Origin: Vulcanimicrobiota bacterium | GTDB taxonomy: Bacteria; Vulcanimicrobiota; Vulcanimicrobiia; Vulcanimicrobiales; Vulcanimicrobiaceae | NCBI GenBank assembly: GCA_963812155.1 | Contig: CAWETW010000003.1 | Coordinates: 1,184,001 to 1,248,000 of the forward strand | DNA length: 64,000 bases | Reading direction: 5' to 3' | Part shown: positions 9,810 to 19,979 of the stretch, in pieces | Layout of the letters: each line of letters opens with the position of its first letter | Numbering within the stretch: position 1 is the stretch's first letter | Made by a program: the position numbers and the translations under genes | Notes under the pieces: model-generated | What the model was told of the DNA's origin: nothing | Database searches by the model: none | What the model saw: the letters and a program-made list of their open reading frames with translations, nothing else

Positions 9810-10951
9810 GCGCCCCGCTCCCGCGCGAGGAGTTTGCGGTCACCGAGCGCCTCACGTATCTGAACCACGCAGCGGTCGGCATCTTGCCGCGATCCTCCGT
9901 CGAGGCGATCGACGAACTGCTGCACGCGCACGCGCGAGGCGGCGTGCTGGGAACCTGGCCCTACGACGAGCGCATGCCGGAGTCGCGCGAGCGTATCGCA
10001 CGCTTCATCGGCGCAAAAGGGTCCGAGATCGCGACGATTCCGAGTACGAGCATCGGCGCGAGCATCGTCGCGCAAGGGATCGACTGGCGCGAAGGCGACG
10101 AGGTGCTCCTTTGCGACAACGAGTTTCCGGCTAACGCCGTACCGTGGTACGCGCTACGGAATCGCGGCGTCGACGTGCGGCTGCTCTCGACGCGCGAAGA
10201 ACGCCTCACGCCCGATCGTCTGCGGCGGGAAGTGACGGCGCGTACGCGAGCCGTCACCGTATCGTGGGTATCGTACGCCGATGGATACCGGCACGACGTC
10301 GCGGGTTTGAGCGAGGTGGCGCACGCGTCGGGTGCGCTGCTCTGCGTCGATGCGATCCAAGGTCTCGGTGCGCTGCGTTTCAACGTGCGCGACGCCGGGA
10401 TCGACACGCTTTACGCGGGGGCCGGCAAATGGATGCTCGGCCTCCACGGCATCGGATTGCTCTACGTACGCGAAGCGCTGATCGAACGGATTGCGTTAAC
10501 GATGCCGGGCTGGCGTTCGCTCTACGACATGTGGGATTTCCACGCCTACGAGCAACCCTACGCGCCCGAGGCGATGCGCTTCGAGGGCGGCACGCCGAAC
10601 ATCGCCGGCACGCTGTCGCTGGTGAAGTCCATCGAATTATTCGAACGGTATGGACCCGAGGCGATCGAGCGCCACGTCTTGCAGCTCACCGATTATCTCT
10701 GCGATGGGCTGACGCGCGCCGGTGCCGACGTCGTCTCGCCGCGGGGCAGCAGCATCTCCTCGGGGATCGTGACCTTTCGCATGCCGGAGCGCGACAGCGT
10801 CGAATTCGGGCGCGCGCTGCAGCGCGCAGGAATCGTCACGACGTACCGCGCGACCGGCGTGCGCGTGGCCCCGCACGGTTACAATACGACCGAGGACATC
10901 GATCGTTTGGTCGACGCGGCGCGCGCGGTTGCCGCCGCCGAAACTATCTAG
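9806..10951 (+). CDS. PLP-dependent class V aminotransferase family protein
   Basis: YLNHAA, EFPAN, VDAIQGLG, GKW, RFEGGT and RVAPHGYN; no obvious desulfurase Cys loop. Confidence 0.88.
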   Translation: MSAPLPREEFAVTERLTYLNHAAVGILPRSSVEAIDELLHAHARGGVLGTWPYDERMPESRERIARFIGAKGSEIATIPSTSIGASIVAQGIDWREGDEVLLCDNEFPANAVPWYALRNRGVDVRLLSTREERLTPDRLRREVTARTRAVTVSWVSYADGYRHDVAGLSEVAHASGALLCVDAIQGLGALRFNVRDAGIDTLYAGAGKWMLGLHGIGLLYVREALIERIALTMPGWRSLYDMWDFHAYEQPYAPEAMRFEGGTPNIAGTLSLVKSIELFERYGPEAIERHVLQLTDYLCDGLTRAGADVVSPRGSSISSGIVTFRMPERDSVEFGRALQRAGIVTTYRATGVRVAPHGYNTTEDIDRLVDAARAVAAAETI

Positions 10952-12360
10952 GCCGGTTCGGGCGCGCGCACGGCGCACGACGTCATGACCGCGTCGGTCA
11001 TGCCGTGGATCAGCCGTTTATCGGCGGGGGCGACCGTCGCAAGGATGCCGCCGAGCGTCACCTCGTCGTCGCCGGTCGCAAAGTAGTACGGGCAGAGCCG
11101 CGCGCGCCCGTCGAAGGTGCGAATCTCGTCGCTCTCGCGATCGAAATAGCTCTGACGCAGCCGTTTGGCTTTGTGAAAGCTCTGCAGCACGTAGGGCGTC
11201 GCGTCGAACGACGCGAGTGCGGTGTCGATCGTTGCGGCCCACTCCTCTTTGGTGAGGTCGTTGGCAATCTTGACGCCGCGCGATCCCCACGCCAGTTCGG
11301 AAAATCCCGACGGTTTGACGACGTAGTCGCGTTCGCTCTTTCCAAGATCGATCAGGCGGCGAAAATCCGCAACCGGCGCTCCGGCGGCTTCGAGGCCGGC
11401 GATCACGCCTTGCGGCGGAAGCGGACGCGGATCCATCACCCACGTCTTCGGAAAAATCGCGTGCAGGCGCTCGAAGCGTTCCTTTCCGAGCTCGCCGATC
11501 CACAACGGCGCCAGCGCGTAGTGATGGAAAAGCGCGAACGAAAGTTTCTCTTCGAGGTTGGCTTTCGGCGGCGGCGTCATCTTCACGCGGTTGTGGCGCG
11601 CGGCGTAGAGCATGAGTTCTTGCTTGGGCACGTTGAACAGATCGAACATTTCGAAGTTGCGATAGATCGCATCTAAACGCTCCTCGCGTCCGTCTTCGTG
11701 CCGGATAAAGAGTCCCGCCTCGGTGAAATAGATCTCGCCCGGTTCGCGCAGCCACGCATCGGCGACGCCGAGACGCCGCAATGCGTCGGCCAGCCAGCCC
11801 ATCTCGCTTCGGTAGTCGGCCGATTCGTCCGAAACGACGATTGCGACGACTGGGCGCTCGACGTGCGTCAGGTGGCGCAGCATCGCGGCGAAGCCTTTGG
11901 GAATGCCGTCGGCTCCGCCGGCGCTCTCGATGCCGAGGTGGCAGTACGCCTCCGTCGTCGCACCGACGAATCCCATGCCGCCCGGCACGCTGTCGAGTTC
12001 GGTTGCGACGAATCCGTCGCCGGTCATCATCAAGTCCGGACGAATGATCGCCGGAATTTCCTGCTTGAAGCGGTTTTGCCGCGCAAGTTTGACGATACGT
12101 TCAGGCTTACCGCGATCGAGGTATTCCGCGATGAACGCCGGAGCGGTTCCGCGCGCGCTGCGATTGTACAGGTTGTTGAGGGCTCGATAAAACGCGAGCA
12201 GATCGTGGCCGAGGCGTTCGATTTCCGCAAACTGCTCGGCCGATAATGCAAACGGCTCGGGGCTGATGCGCCATGCGACCCGATCTTGCTCGTCGGCGAC
12301 CCGGAAGAGCCCGGGCTGTATCGCTTCGTAAAGGTGGCGCGCTTGCTCCCGAACCGTCAT
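10948..12360 (-). CDS. Uncharacterised ATP-grasp-like (glutathionylspermidine synthase/circularly permuted type) amide ligase
   Basis: IRPDL..ATELDSVPGG, VVKPSG..AWGSRGV and YVLQSF motifs; start uncertain. Confidence 0.6.
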   Translation of the reverse strand: MTVREQARHLYEAIQPGLFRVADEQDRVAWRISPEPFALSAEQFAEIERLGHDLLAFYRALNNLYNRSARGTAPAFIAEYLDRGKPERIVKLARQNRFKQEIPAIIRPDLMMTGDGFVATELDSVPGGMGFVGATTEAYCHLGIESAGGADGIPKGFAAMLRHLTHVERPVVAIVVSDESADYRSEMGWLADALRRLGVADAWLREPGEIYFTEAGLFIRHEDGREERLDAIYRNFEMFDLFNVPKQELMLYAARHNRVKMTPPPKANLEEKLSFALFHHYALAPLWIGELGKERFERLHAIFPKTWVMDPRPLPPQGVIAGLEAAGAPVADFRRLIDLGKSERDYVVKPSGFSELAWGSRGVKIANDLTKEEWAATIDTALASFDATPYVLQSFHKAKRLRQSYFDRESDEIRTFDGRARLCPYYFATGDDEVTLGGILATVAPADKRLIHGMTDAVMTSCAVRAPEPA

Positions 12361-12522
12361 GTCGGGGTGAATAGCCGTGCACGGCATGAAGACCTTATGC
12401 CCTCCGTCGACAGCCGTCGGGGACTTTGGCGTTGCGCAAGGCGATGTAGAGTCGGCGCATAGATATCTCGGGCTTATAAAATGCCCATCCGGCCCGAGGG
12501 GTTGCAACCGCCGGCTGCCGGG

Positions 12523-12921
12523 CTATTTGATGGTGATGGCTCCGGGGGTCAGGAGCGCCCCTTCGACGCGCACCTCACCGTAGGCGAAAACGAGCGTGAG
12601 ATGGAGCACGCCGGGCATGCCGAGGCGGCCGAGCTGGACGTTTTCGAGGACCCTCGAGACGCCCTCGCCGCCGACGAAACGCAGCTCGCGCCGGCGGCCG
12701 AACGAGCCGCCCGGTGCTGCGTAGGATGACGTGACCGGGACGATGAGCTCGTCGCCTTCATAGCGCGGCGGCGCGGCCACGCAGTAGACGACGGTCACGG
12801 GAGTGCCCGCAACGGGCAGCGTTTCTTGCGTGCAGCCGGGAGGCGCCGCGGCACCGCGAACCGGCCAGCCCGCAGCGAGGGCGAGCAGCACGGCGATCGA
12901 GCGAGCGATCCTTCCGGCCAT
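12523..12921 (-). CDS. Hypothetical secreted protein
   Basis: Signal peptide MAGRIARSIAVLLALAAG, a Cys pair and a beta-rich body. Confidence 0.65.
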   Translation of the reverse strand: MAGRIARSIAVLLALAAGWPVRGAAAPPGCTQETLPVAGTPVTVVYCVAAPPRYEGDELIVPVTSSYAAPGGSFGRRRELRFVGGEGVSRVLENVQLGRLGMPGVLHLTLVFAYGEVRVEGALLTPGAITIK

Positions 12922-12979
12922 CTTCGTTTCGGGATTCGGCTCGAAGAAAGCCCGGACCCGCCGGAGTATAGGGTGCGTC

Positions 12980-13771
12980 GTGCCGCTGCCGATCGACCTC
13001 ATCGCCCTCGACCTCGACGGGACGCTCCTCGACGAACGCGACGGCATCTCGCCGGAAAACCGGCGGGCGGTTCGCAGAGCGCTCGATGCGGGCGTGCGCG
13101 TCGTCCTCGTCACGGGACGCGGCGCCGATGCCGCCGCGCGTGTCGTGCACGAACTCAATCTCAACCTTCCGGCTATCTGCGCGCATGGCGCGCTCACCAA
13201 GGATTTTCTTTCGGGACGCACGCTCGGCCACATCCCCGTTCCGCTCGCGCACGCGCTGCCGATGGTGCGCTACGCCGAGGATCACCACTTAGACGTCGTG
13301 GTCTATCTCGAGGAACGCTTCTTGCGCCTGAAGGGGACGACGCTGTACATGGAAGACATGTGCGGCCCGCATTGGCGCGAAGTTCGTTCGCTCAGCGAAG
13401 CGCTCACCTTCGCGCCGACGCTCGTGCGTTTCATGGGACGGCGCGCGGCCCAACAGATGCGCGAAGTCTTCGCGCATCTTCCGCTCCACTTTAAGAACGA
13501 AATCTGGGGCGATTTCGAAGAGTGTGCGGTGACGAGTCCCGAGGCAACGAAGGAAAACGCGCTCGCGCGCCTGTGTGGAGACTTGGAAATTCCCGCGGCG
13601 CGCGTGCTCGCCATCGGGGACTCGCCAAACGACGTGCCGATGCTGCGTTGGGCGGGGATCGGCGTCGCCATGGGAAACGCGCCGGCCGGCGTCCGCGAAA
13701 CCGTCGGCCGCGTGACGGCGGCCTGCGAATGCGACGGCGTCGCACGTGCGATCGAGCGGTACCTGCGATGA
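12980..13771 (+). CDS. Cof-type HAD-IIB hydrolase
   Basis: DLDGTL, VTGR, K and GDSPNDVPML..GVAMGNA motifs. Confidence 0.92.
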   Translation: MPLPIDLIALDLDGTLLDERDGISPENRRAVRRALDAGVRVVLVTGRGADAAARVVHELNLNLPAICAHGALTKDFLSGRTLGHIPVPLAHALPMVRYAEDHHLDVVVYLEERFLRLKGTTLYMEDMCGPHWREVRSLSEALTFAPTLVRFMGRRAAQQMREVFAHLPLHFKNEIWGDFEECAVTSPEATKENALARLCGDLEIPAARVLAIGDSPNDVPMLRWAGIGVAMGNAPAGVRETVGRVTAACECDGVARAIERYLR

Positions 13772-14013
13772 CGGTGCGCGTGCTGGCGTTCGCGCGTGCG
13801 CGAGAGGTGCTGCCCCCCGGCGACTTCACGTTGGAACTTCCCGAGGGCGTGCGCGTCGCCGACGCCTGGACGGCGCTGCTGCGCGACGTGCCCGCGCTGC
13901 GCGATTTCGCCGCAACGATTCGCATCGCGCGCAACGGCCGCATCGCCGAGCCGCACGAGCCGCTGGAATCCGGCGACGAACTCGCGCTGCTGCCGCCGGT
14001 CGGGGGCGGTTGA
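13768..14013 (+). CDS. moaD: Molybdopterin synthase sulfur carrier
   Basis: MTVRVLAFARARE...GDELALLPPVGGG with C-terminal GG. Confidence 0.9.
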   Translation: MTVRVLAFARAREVLPPGDFTLELPEGVRVADAWTALLRDVPALRDFAATIRIARNGRIAEPHEPLESGDELALLPPVGGG

Positions 14014-14016
14014 CGC

Positions 14017-14433
14017 GTGCTCGCCATCGCTGCCGGCCCTATCGACCCGCTCGCCTTCGTCGCGGCATTCGGCGGCGACGGTGGAGGCGTCGTAACGTTT
14101 TTCGGGGCGGTGCGCGCGCGTGCCGGCGACGGCCGGCAAGTGGAAGGCCTGACCTACGAAGCGTACGAACCGATGGCGCTGCGCGAGTTCGAGGCAATCG
14201 CCGGCGAAGCACGCGAGCGTTTCGGCGCGCTGCGCATCGCTATCGTTCATCGCACCGGCGATGCGTATCCCGGCGAGGTGACGATCGCCGTGGCGGCGGC
14301 CGCCGCACATCGCGATGCCGCGTTTGCGGCCTGCCGGTTTACCGTCGACGAAGTCAAACGGCGCGCACCCATTTGGAAAAAAGAGCGGTACGCCGGCGGC
14401 GGCGCCGAGTGGAAAGAGAATCGCGTTGGCTAA
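14017..14433 (+). CDS. moaE: Molybdopterin synthase catalytic subunit
   Basis: TFFGAVR, LTYEAYEPMA, HRTG and APIWKKE motifs. Confidence 0.93.
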   Translation: MLAIAAGPIDPLAFVAAFGGDGGGVVTFFGAVRARAGDGRQVEGLTYEAYEPMALREFEAIAGEARERFGALRIAIVHRTGDAYPGEVTIAVAAAAAHRDAAFAACRFTVDEVKRRAPIWKKERYAGGGAEWKENRVG

Positions 14434-15151
14434 CGTCGAGCTCTTCAACGTTGCGGGCGAGCGCAACCGCGTCGCGGTGTTGTGGTACGCGCCGCGCAGG
14501 CCGCGCGGCGTCGCGATCGTTGCCGGCCACGGCTATTCCTCGAGCAAACACAATCTCGATTTCTTGTGTTCGTTTCTCGCGGCGCACGGATTCGGCGTCT
14601 ACAACCTCGACTTTCCGGGACACAAACTGGGCGCGAGCGGCGGCGCGCTGCGCGGCGTCGACGACTGTATCGATGCGATGTCGTCAACGGTGCGTTTCGC
14701 GCGCGAACGCGGCGATACCGGCGTCTACGCGCTCGGCCATAGCATGGGCGGAATGACGGCGGTGTTTACCGCGGCGCTCGACCCCGCGATTGCCGGAACG
14801 ATCGCGATTGCGACCGGCTACGGGCGGCCGACGTCGCTGACGACCTTGCGCCAGGCGGGTGCGACGGACTTCCGTTCGTCGTACGTCAACGGCGTGAGCT
14901 TGCCCGAACTCGTCGAAGGCGCCGACGAACGCTACGCCGCCATGTTGCCGCGGCTGGCCGGCAGACCCGCGCTCTACGTCGCGGCATCGCACGACGCCAT
15001 GGTGAACGAATCGAGCGTGCGCGAACTCTACGACCGTGCGCCCGATCCCAAAACATTTGCACTCATCGACAGCGACCACACCTACGCCGGCGAACGCGCT
15101 CGGGCGACGGTGCTCGAGTGGCTGAACGCTCTGCATCCGCGCGAAGCGTGA
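14426..15151 (+). CDS. Alpha/beta hydrolase
   Basis: HGY, GHSMGG nucleophile elbow, and D/H triad candidates (HDAMV, DH). Confidence 0.85.
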   Translation: MANVELFNVAGERNRVAVLWYAPRRPRGVAIVAGHGYSSSKHNLDFLCSFLAAHGFGVYNLDFPGHKLGASGGALRGVDDCIDAMSSTVRFARERGDTGVYALGHSMGGMTAVFTAALDPAIAGTIAIATGYGRPTSLTTLRQAGATDFRSSYVNGVSLPELVEGADERYAAMLPRLAGRPALYVAASHDAMVNESSVRELYDRAPDPKTFALIDSDHTYAGERARATVLEWLNALHPREA

Positions 15152-16260
15152 CGCCGCTCGACTCGCGCGCGCTGCGCCGCTATAGCCGTCACCTGTTGGT
15201 GCCGGAGATTGGTCTGCGCGGACAGGAACGGCTCGCGGCGGGACGCGTGCTCGTGGTCGGCGCCGGCGGCCTAGGCTCGCCTGCGCTGCAATACCTCGCG
15301 GCCGCCGGCGTCGGACGAATCGGCATCGCCGACGGCGACCGTGTCGACGAAACCAATCTGCAGCGCCAAACCATCTTCGCGACGTCCGACGTCGGCCGCA
15401 ATAAGGCGCAGGCCGCCGCCGAACGCGTGCGCGCGCTCAATCCCCTCGTCGCGGTTGATGAAATCGCGATCGACGTCGACCAGCATAACGTGCAGGATCT
15501 GGTGCGCCTCTACGACGCCGTCCTGGATTGCACGGATCGCTTCGAAACGCGTTACCTGCTCAACGACGCGTGCGTGCTCGAACGAAAGCCCGACGTCTAC
15601 GGATCGATTTTTCGTTTCGACGGGCAGGTCAGCGTCTTCGCCTTTGCCGGAGGTCCGTGCTACCGGTGTCTCTATCCCGAAGCGCCCGAGCCCGGAAGCG
15701 TGCCGAGTTGCGCGGAAGGCGGCGTGATGGGCGCGCTGGCGGGCATCGTTGGCGCGTGGCAGGCGAGCGAGACGCTTAAAGTGCTCCTCGGCATCGGCGA
15801 ACCGCTCGCCGGCCGCCTGATGCTCGTCGAAACGCTCGCCGCCCGAACGCGCGAAGTGCGGTTCGAGCGCGATCGCAGCTGTGCGGTCTGCGGCGAGCGT
15901 CCTACGATTACACGCGCCGAAACCATTGCGTTTGCGGACGACTCCGGTGCCGGCATCGAAGAGGTCGAGCCGGAGTCGCTCGAGCGTGCGTTGGACGGCG
16001 CGCTGCTGCTCGACGTGCGAGAACCGCACGAAGCCGTGCTGGGCACGCTCGGGGGCGCGGTCGAAATTCCGGCAAGCCAACTCGAGGCGCGCATGCACGA
16101 ACTCGATACGGCCAAGCGCTACATCGTGGCATGCCGCGTCGGCGTGAAGTCGCGTTGGGCCGTACGGCGCCTGCGTGAGGCGGGCTTTGGAAGGTTGTCG
16201 CATCTGCGCGGAGGCCTCCTGGCCTACGCCGCGCAACGTCCCGACTTCGAATTCTACTGA
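15148..16260 (+). CDS. moeB: MoeB/ThiF adenylyltransferase with C-terminal rhodanese domain
   Basis: RYSRHL, GAGGLG, NLQRQ, CYRC, PSCAEGG, CAVC; rhodanese CRVGVKS. Confidence 0.93.
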   Translation: MTPLDSRALRRYSRHLLVPEIGLRGQERLAAGRVLVVGAGGLGSPALQYLAAAGVGRIGIADGDRVDETNLQRQTIFATSDVGRNKAQAAAERVRALNPLVAVDEIAIDVDQHNVQDLVRLYDAVLDCTDRFETRYLLNDACVLERKPDVYGSIFRFDGQVSVFAFAGGPCYRCLYPEAPEPGSVPSCAEGGVMGALAGIVGAWQASETLKVLLGIGEPLAGRLMLVETLAARTREVRFERDRSCAVCGERPTITRAETIAFADDSGAGIEEVEPESLERALDGALLLDVREPHEAVLGTLGGAVEIPASQLEARMHELDTAKRYIVACRVGVKSRWAVRRLREAGFGRLSHLRGGLLAYAAQRPDFEFY

Positions 16261-16275
16261 TTTCGAAGACTGAAG

Positions 16276-17127
16276 ATGAAGAGAAGAGCGTTCGGCGCAA
16301 CGGGCGTCCAGGTAGCGGTCGTCGGACAGGGCACGTGGGACGTTCCCGAACGCGGCGCGCGCGCCGAAGAGGCGCGGCACGCGCTGCGGCTGGGCATCGA
16401 ACTCGGCATGACGCACGTCGATACGGCAGAGATGTACGGATCGGGACGCGTCGAGGAACTCGTGCGCGAAGCCATTGCCGGCGTGCCGCGCGAGTCGCTC
16501 TTCATCGCGACCAAAGTGCTTCCCGGCAACGCACACTTTCGAGGAACGCTCGCCGCGGCCGAACGCAGCCTCGCGCGCCTGGGACTCGACTACGTCGATC
16601 TCTACATGCTGCATTGGCAAGGGGAACATCCGCTCGAAGAAACGATGCGCGCCCTCGAGCGGCTGGTGCACGACGGCAAGACGCGATTCGTCGGCGTGAG
16701 CAACTTCGATGTAGACGAGATGCTCGAGGCCGCGTCGTATCTGGGTTCGATTCCGCTCGCCTGCAATCAGGTGCTCTACCACGTGAACGAACGCGGCGCC
16801 GAGCATCGCGTGATCCCGGCCGCACGCGAACGTGGAATTGCGATCGTCGCGTACACGCCCTTCGGACGCGGAGGATTTCCCCGTGCGCAAGCGGCGGCCG
16901 GAGGTGTGCTCGACGGCGTCGCGCGCAAACACGGCGCGACGCCGCGCCAGGTGATTCTCGCGTTTCTCACGCGCGAACCTCACGTCTTTACGATACCGAA
17001 GGCGTCGCGCCTCGAGCACGTGCGCGAAAACGCGGGGGCGGGAGATCTGACGCTCGACGATGCCGACGTCGCAGCGATCGATGCAGCGTTTCCGTTGGGC
17101 GCGCCCGCGCCGCTGGCCTCGTTATAA
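16276..17127 (+). CDS. Aldo/keto reductase
   Basis: GQGTW, DTAEMYG, ATKV, LHW, GVSNF and IPKAS motifs. Confidence 0.93.
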   Translation: MKRRAFGATGVQVAVVGQGTWDVPERGARAEEARHALRLGIELGMTHVDTAEMYGSGRVEELVREAIAGVPRESLFIATKVLPGNAHFRGTLAAAERSLARLGLDYVDLYMLHWQGEHPLEETMRALERLVHDGKTRFVGVSNFDVDEMLEAASYLGSIPLACNQVLYHVNERGAEHRVIPAARERGIAIVAYTPFGRGGFPRAQAAAGGVLDGVARKHGATPRQVILAFLTREPHVFTIPKASRLEHVRENAGAGDLTLDDADVAAIDAAFPLGAPAPLASL

Positions 17128-17144
17128 GAGAAACGACGGCGCGG

Positions 17145-18284
17145 ATGAATCCGGTGGAATTGAAATCCTTGGCGATTGCGACGGCGCAATCGCTGGGAGC
17201 CGCTGAGGTGCGCGTCACCGAGGCCGCTGCCGACGGCGAGTCGCGCCGGCGCATGCGAGCGTCGTTTGAACGCGGCGACCTCGCGACGTGGCCCTACGAC
17301 GGCGCCTACGCCGATCGCGCGAACGATCCGCGCGCGCTGCTCGACGGCGCGCGCAGCGTCGTCTGCTTAGCGTTCGCCTACGCGACCCCACCGCCGCGGC
17401 AGCGTCCGTTACGCGGCCGCGTCTCCAACTACGCGTGGTCGCGCGACTATCACCGGCGCGTGCGCGCGGCGCTCGACGGCGTAGCCCAAGCGCTCGACGC
17501 GGCTGCGGGGGAGCGCGTAACGGCGGTCGCGTGCGACACCCGTCCGCTCGCCGAACGCGCGCTTGCCGCTCGCGCGGGAGTCGGCTGGATCGGCAAACAC
17601 ACGAACCTCATCTCGCCGTCACGTGGATCGTTCGTTTTTCTCGGCGAGGTGGTCACGACGCTCGCGCTGCCGCCCGACGCGCCGCTGCGCAAAAGCTGCG
17701 GCGCCTGCGCGCGTTGCGTCGACGTGTGCCCGACGCAGGCGCTGCGGGGCGACTACACGATTGATGCGACCCGCTGCATCGCCGACCTGACGCAGCGCAC
17801 CGACGGAATTCCTCGCCGGCTGCGTCCGCTCGTCGGCGACTGGGTGTGGGGCTGCGACCTTTGCCAACTCGCATGTCCGCCGACACAGGCTGCAGGCAAC
17901 GCCGGCGACGCGAGCGCCGACGCGCCGCTGGACGACGAGACCGCGCGGCCGTCGCTGACGGCACTCCTGCGTCTGCGCAGCGGCGACTTCAAACGGCGTT
18001 TCGCGCGAACGGCAATGGGATGGCGTGGCGGCGCCGTGTTGCGGCGCAACGCCGCGGTCGCACTGGGGAACGCGCTCGACCGTTCCGCGGTTCCCGCGCT
18101 CGCGTTAGCGCTGCATGAAGATTCTCATCCGATGGTGCGCGGCCACGCAGCCTGGGCGCTCGGCCGCATCGGCGCTCCCAGCGCGCTCACAGCCCTGCGG
18201 CAACGATATGCGGTAGAGAAGGACGCCGGCGTGCTCGAAGAGATCCACACGGCACTCGAACCCTTCCAGCCGGGAGATGCATGA
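17145..18284 (+). CDS. queG: Epoxyqueuosine reductase
   Basis: YAWSRDYH, GWIGKHT, CGACARCVDVCPT, WGCDLCQLACP, RRNAAVALGN and a HEAT-like tail. Confidence 0.93.
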   Translation: MNPVELKSLAIATAQSLGAAEVRVTEAAADGESRRRMRASFERGDLATWPYDGAYADRANDPRALLDGARSVVCLAFAYATPPPRQRPLRGRVSNYAWSRDYHRRVRAALDGVAQALDAAAGERVTAVACDTRPLAERALAARAGVGWIGKHTNLISPSRGSFVFLGEVVTTLALPPDAPLRKSCGACARCVDVCPTQALRGDYTIDATRCIADLTQRTDGIPRRLRPLVGDWVWGCDLCQLACPPTQAAGNAGDASADAPLDDETARPSLTALLRLRSGDFKRRFARTAMGWRGGAVLRRNAAVALGNALDRSAVPALALALHEDSHPMVRGHAAWALGRIGAPSALTALRQRYAVEKDAGVLEEIHTALEPFQPGDA

Positions 18285-18901
18285 AACGAATTCTTGCCGC
18301 GATCGCGGTCCTCGCCCTGAACGCCGGCGCGCTGCGCGCAGCGGCCGCCTCGGATTTGCTCGACCGCATGGCCGCGGCCAATCCGGGGCTGCGCACGTTC
18401 ACGGCGACGATGCACGCAAACGTAACCCTGAAGACCTTTCCGTTCCTCAGCGTGCAGCTGGTCGGAACGTACTATCACAAGGAGCCCGATCAGAATAAAG
18501 TGGTCTTCACCAGCGGCGTGCCCGCAGTCGCCGAGCAGTTCGACAAACTCTACGCGCACGTCGAGCCTCCGTCGCGCTGGCGCGACCTCTATCAGGTGAC
18601 GGTGGTTTCGGACGACGGAACGACCACGACGTACCGGCTGGTCCCACGCAAGCCCGGAAACGTCGATCACGTCGAAGCGCGCGCCGACGACAAGAGCGCG
18701 ACCGTTTCGTCGATGCGGTGGTATTACGGCAACGGCGGCTACGCCGAAATGAACGATCGCTACGGCAAGGCCGGCGATGCCGTCGTGGTGACCTCGCAAA
18801 CCGGCCACGTTCAAGAACCCGGGTATACCGCCGACATCACGTCGACGATCGACGGATATAAGATCAACGCCGACATTCCGGATTCGGTGTTCACGCAATA
18901 A
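18281..18901 (+). CDS. Secreted protein, possibly LolA/outer-membrane sorting-like fold
   Basis: Signal peptide, beta-rich body, ending in INADIPDSVF. Confidence 0.6.
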   Translation: MKRILAAIAVLALNAGALRAAAASDLLDRMAAANPGLRTFTATMHANVTLKTFPFLSVQLVGTYYHKEPDQNKVVFTSGVPAVAEQFDKLYAHVEPPSRWRDLYQVTVVSDDGTTTTYRLVPRKPGNVDHVEARADDKSATVSSMRWYYGNGGYAEMNDRYGKAGDAVVVTSQTGHVQEPGYTADITSTIDGYKINADIPDSVFTQ

Positions 18902-19909
18902 TGCTGGTCGACCTGACGCGCGCGCCGTTGAGCGACACCTTTAACCGGGCGATTACATACCTGCGCGTCTCGGTCACCGACAAGTGCAACTTGCGCTGCG
19001 TCTACTGCATGCCGGAAGGCGGATTGCCGTGGCTGCAGCGCGGCGATATGCTGACCGACGACGAGATCGTCGAAATCGTGCGGGCGGCGGCGGCGGCCGG
19101 CGTGCGCGCGATCCGCCTGACGGGCGGCGAGCCGCTGCTGCGCCCCGGCCTGCACCGGCTGGTCGCGAGCATCGCGCAAACTCCGGGCATCGACGACGTC
19201 GCGCTTTCGACCAACGGGCTGCTGCTCGAAGAACAGCTGCCGGCGCTGCGTGCGGCCGGCCTCTCGCGGGTGAACGTCTCGCTCGACACGCTGCGTGAGG
19301 ACCGTTTCGCGGCCATCGCGCGCCGGCCGGGGCTCGACCGCGTGCTGCGCGGCATCGATGCGGCCATCGCCGCCGGCGCGACGCCGGTGAAAGTGAACTG
19401 CGTCGTCATGCGCGGGGTCAACGACGATGAGATCGCGGCGTTCGCCGAACTTACGCGCGAGCGGAACGCGTTCGTGCGATTCATCGAAGTCATGCCGGTG
19501 CGCGAGAACCTCGAGCTGCAGTCCGAAGCCTACGTATCGAGCGACGAAATCCTGCAGCGGGTCGCGGAAATCGGCGCGCTTCATCCCGTCGCCGGACCGG
19601 CCGGAAACGGCCCAGCGCGTTACTTTGCGTTCGAAGACGGACGTGGTGCGGTCGGCGTGATCAGCCCCCTTTCGCACGACTATTGCGACCGCTGCAACCG
19701 CGTGCGTCTGACCGCGGACGGCCGGCTGCGGCTCTGCCTCTTCGGCGATCAGGCGATCGACCTGCGCGGCCCGCTGCGAGCCGGCGCGGCACCGCGACGA
19801 GCTGGCGGCGCTCCTTCGCTCGGCGATGCTGATCAAACCGGAGCGACACCACCTGCGCCTCGGCGAGGCGGCCTCCCGGATGCGCGCCTTCTCGGAGATC
19901 GGCGGCTAG
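18901..19909 (+). CDS. moaA: GTP 3',8-cyclase MoaA (frameshift near 19790)
   Basis: CNLRCVYC, LTGGEP and CDRCNRVRLTADG..C. The shifted frame gives the canonical end RAFSEIGG* at 19909. Confidence 0.93.
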
Positions 19910-19979
19910 CGCTCGCTCCGGCGCCCCGCAGCGTCACGGAGACGCGGCGCCGAACGTTGCCAGACGGAAGGGGAACCGG

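Noticed and set aside
9806..10951. Cysteine desulfurase
   Set aside because: The catalytic Cys loop is not evident; kept as generic class V.
16335..18284. Long N-terminal extensions on queG (649 aa) and on the PIG-V-like gene (770 aa)
   Set aside because: They overlap the AKR and glpX genes; better starts lie at 17145 and 52998.
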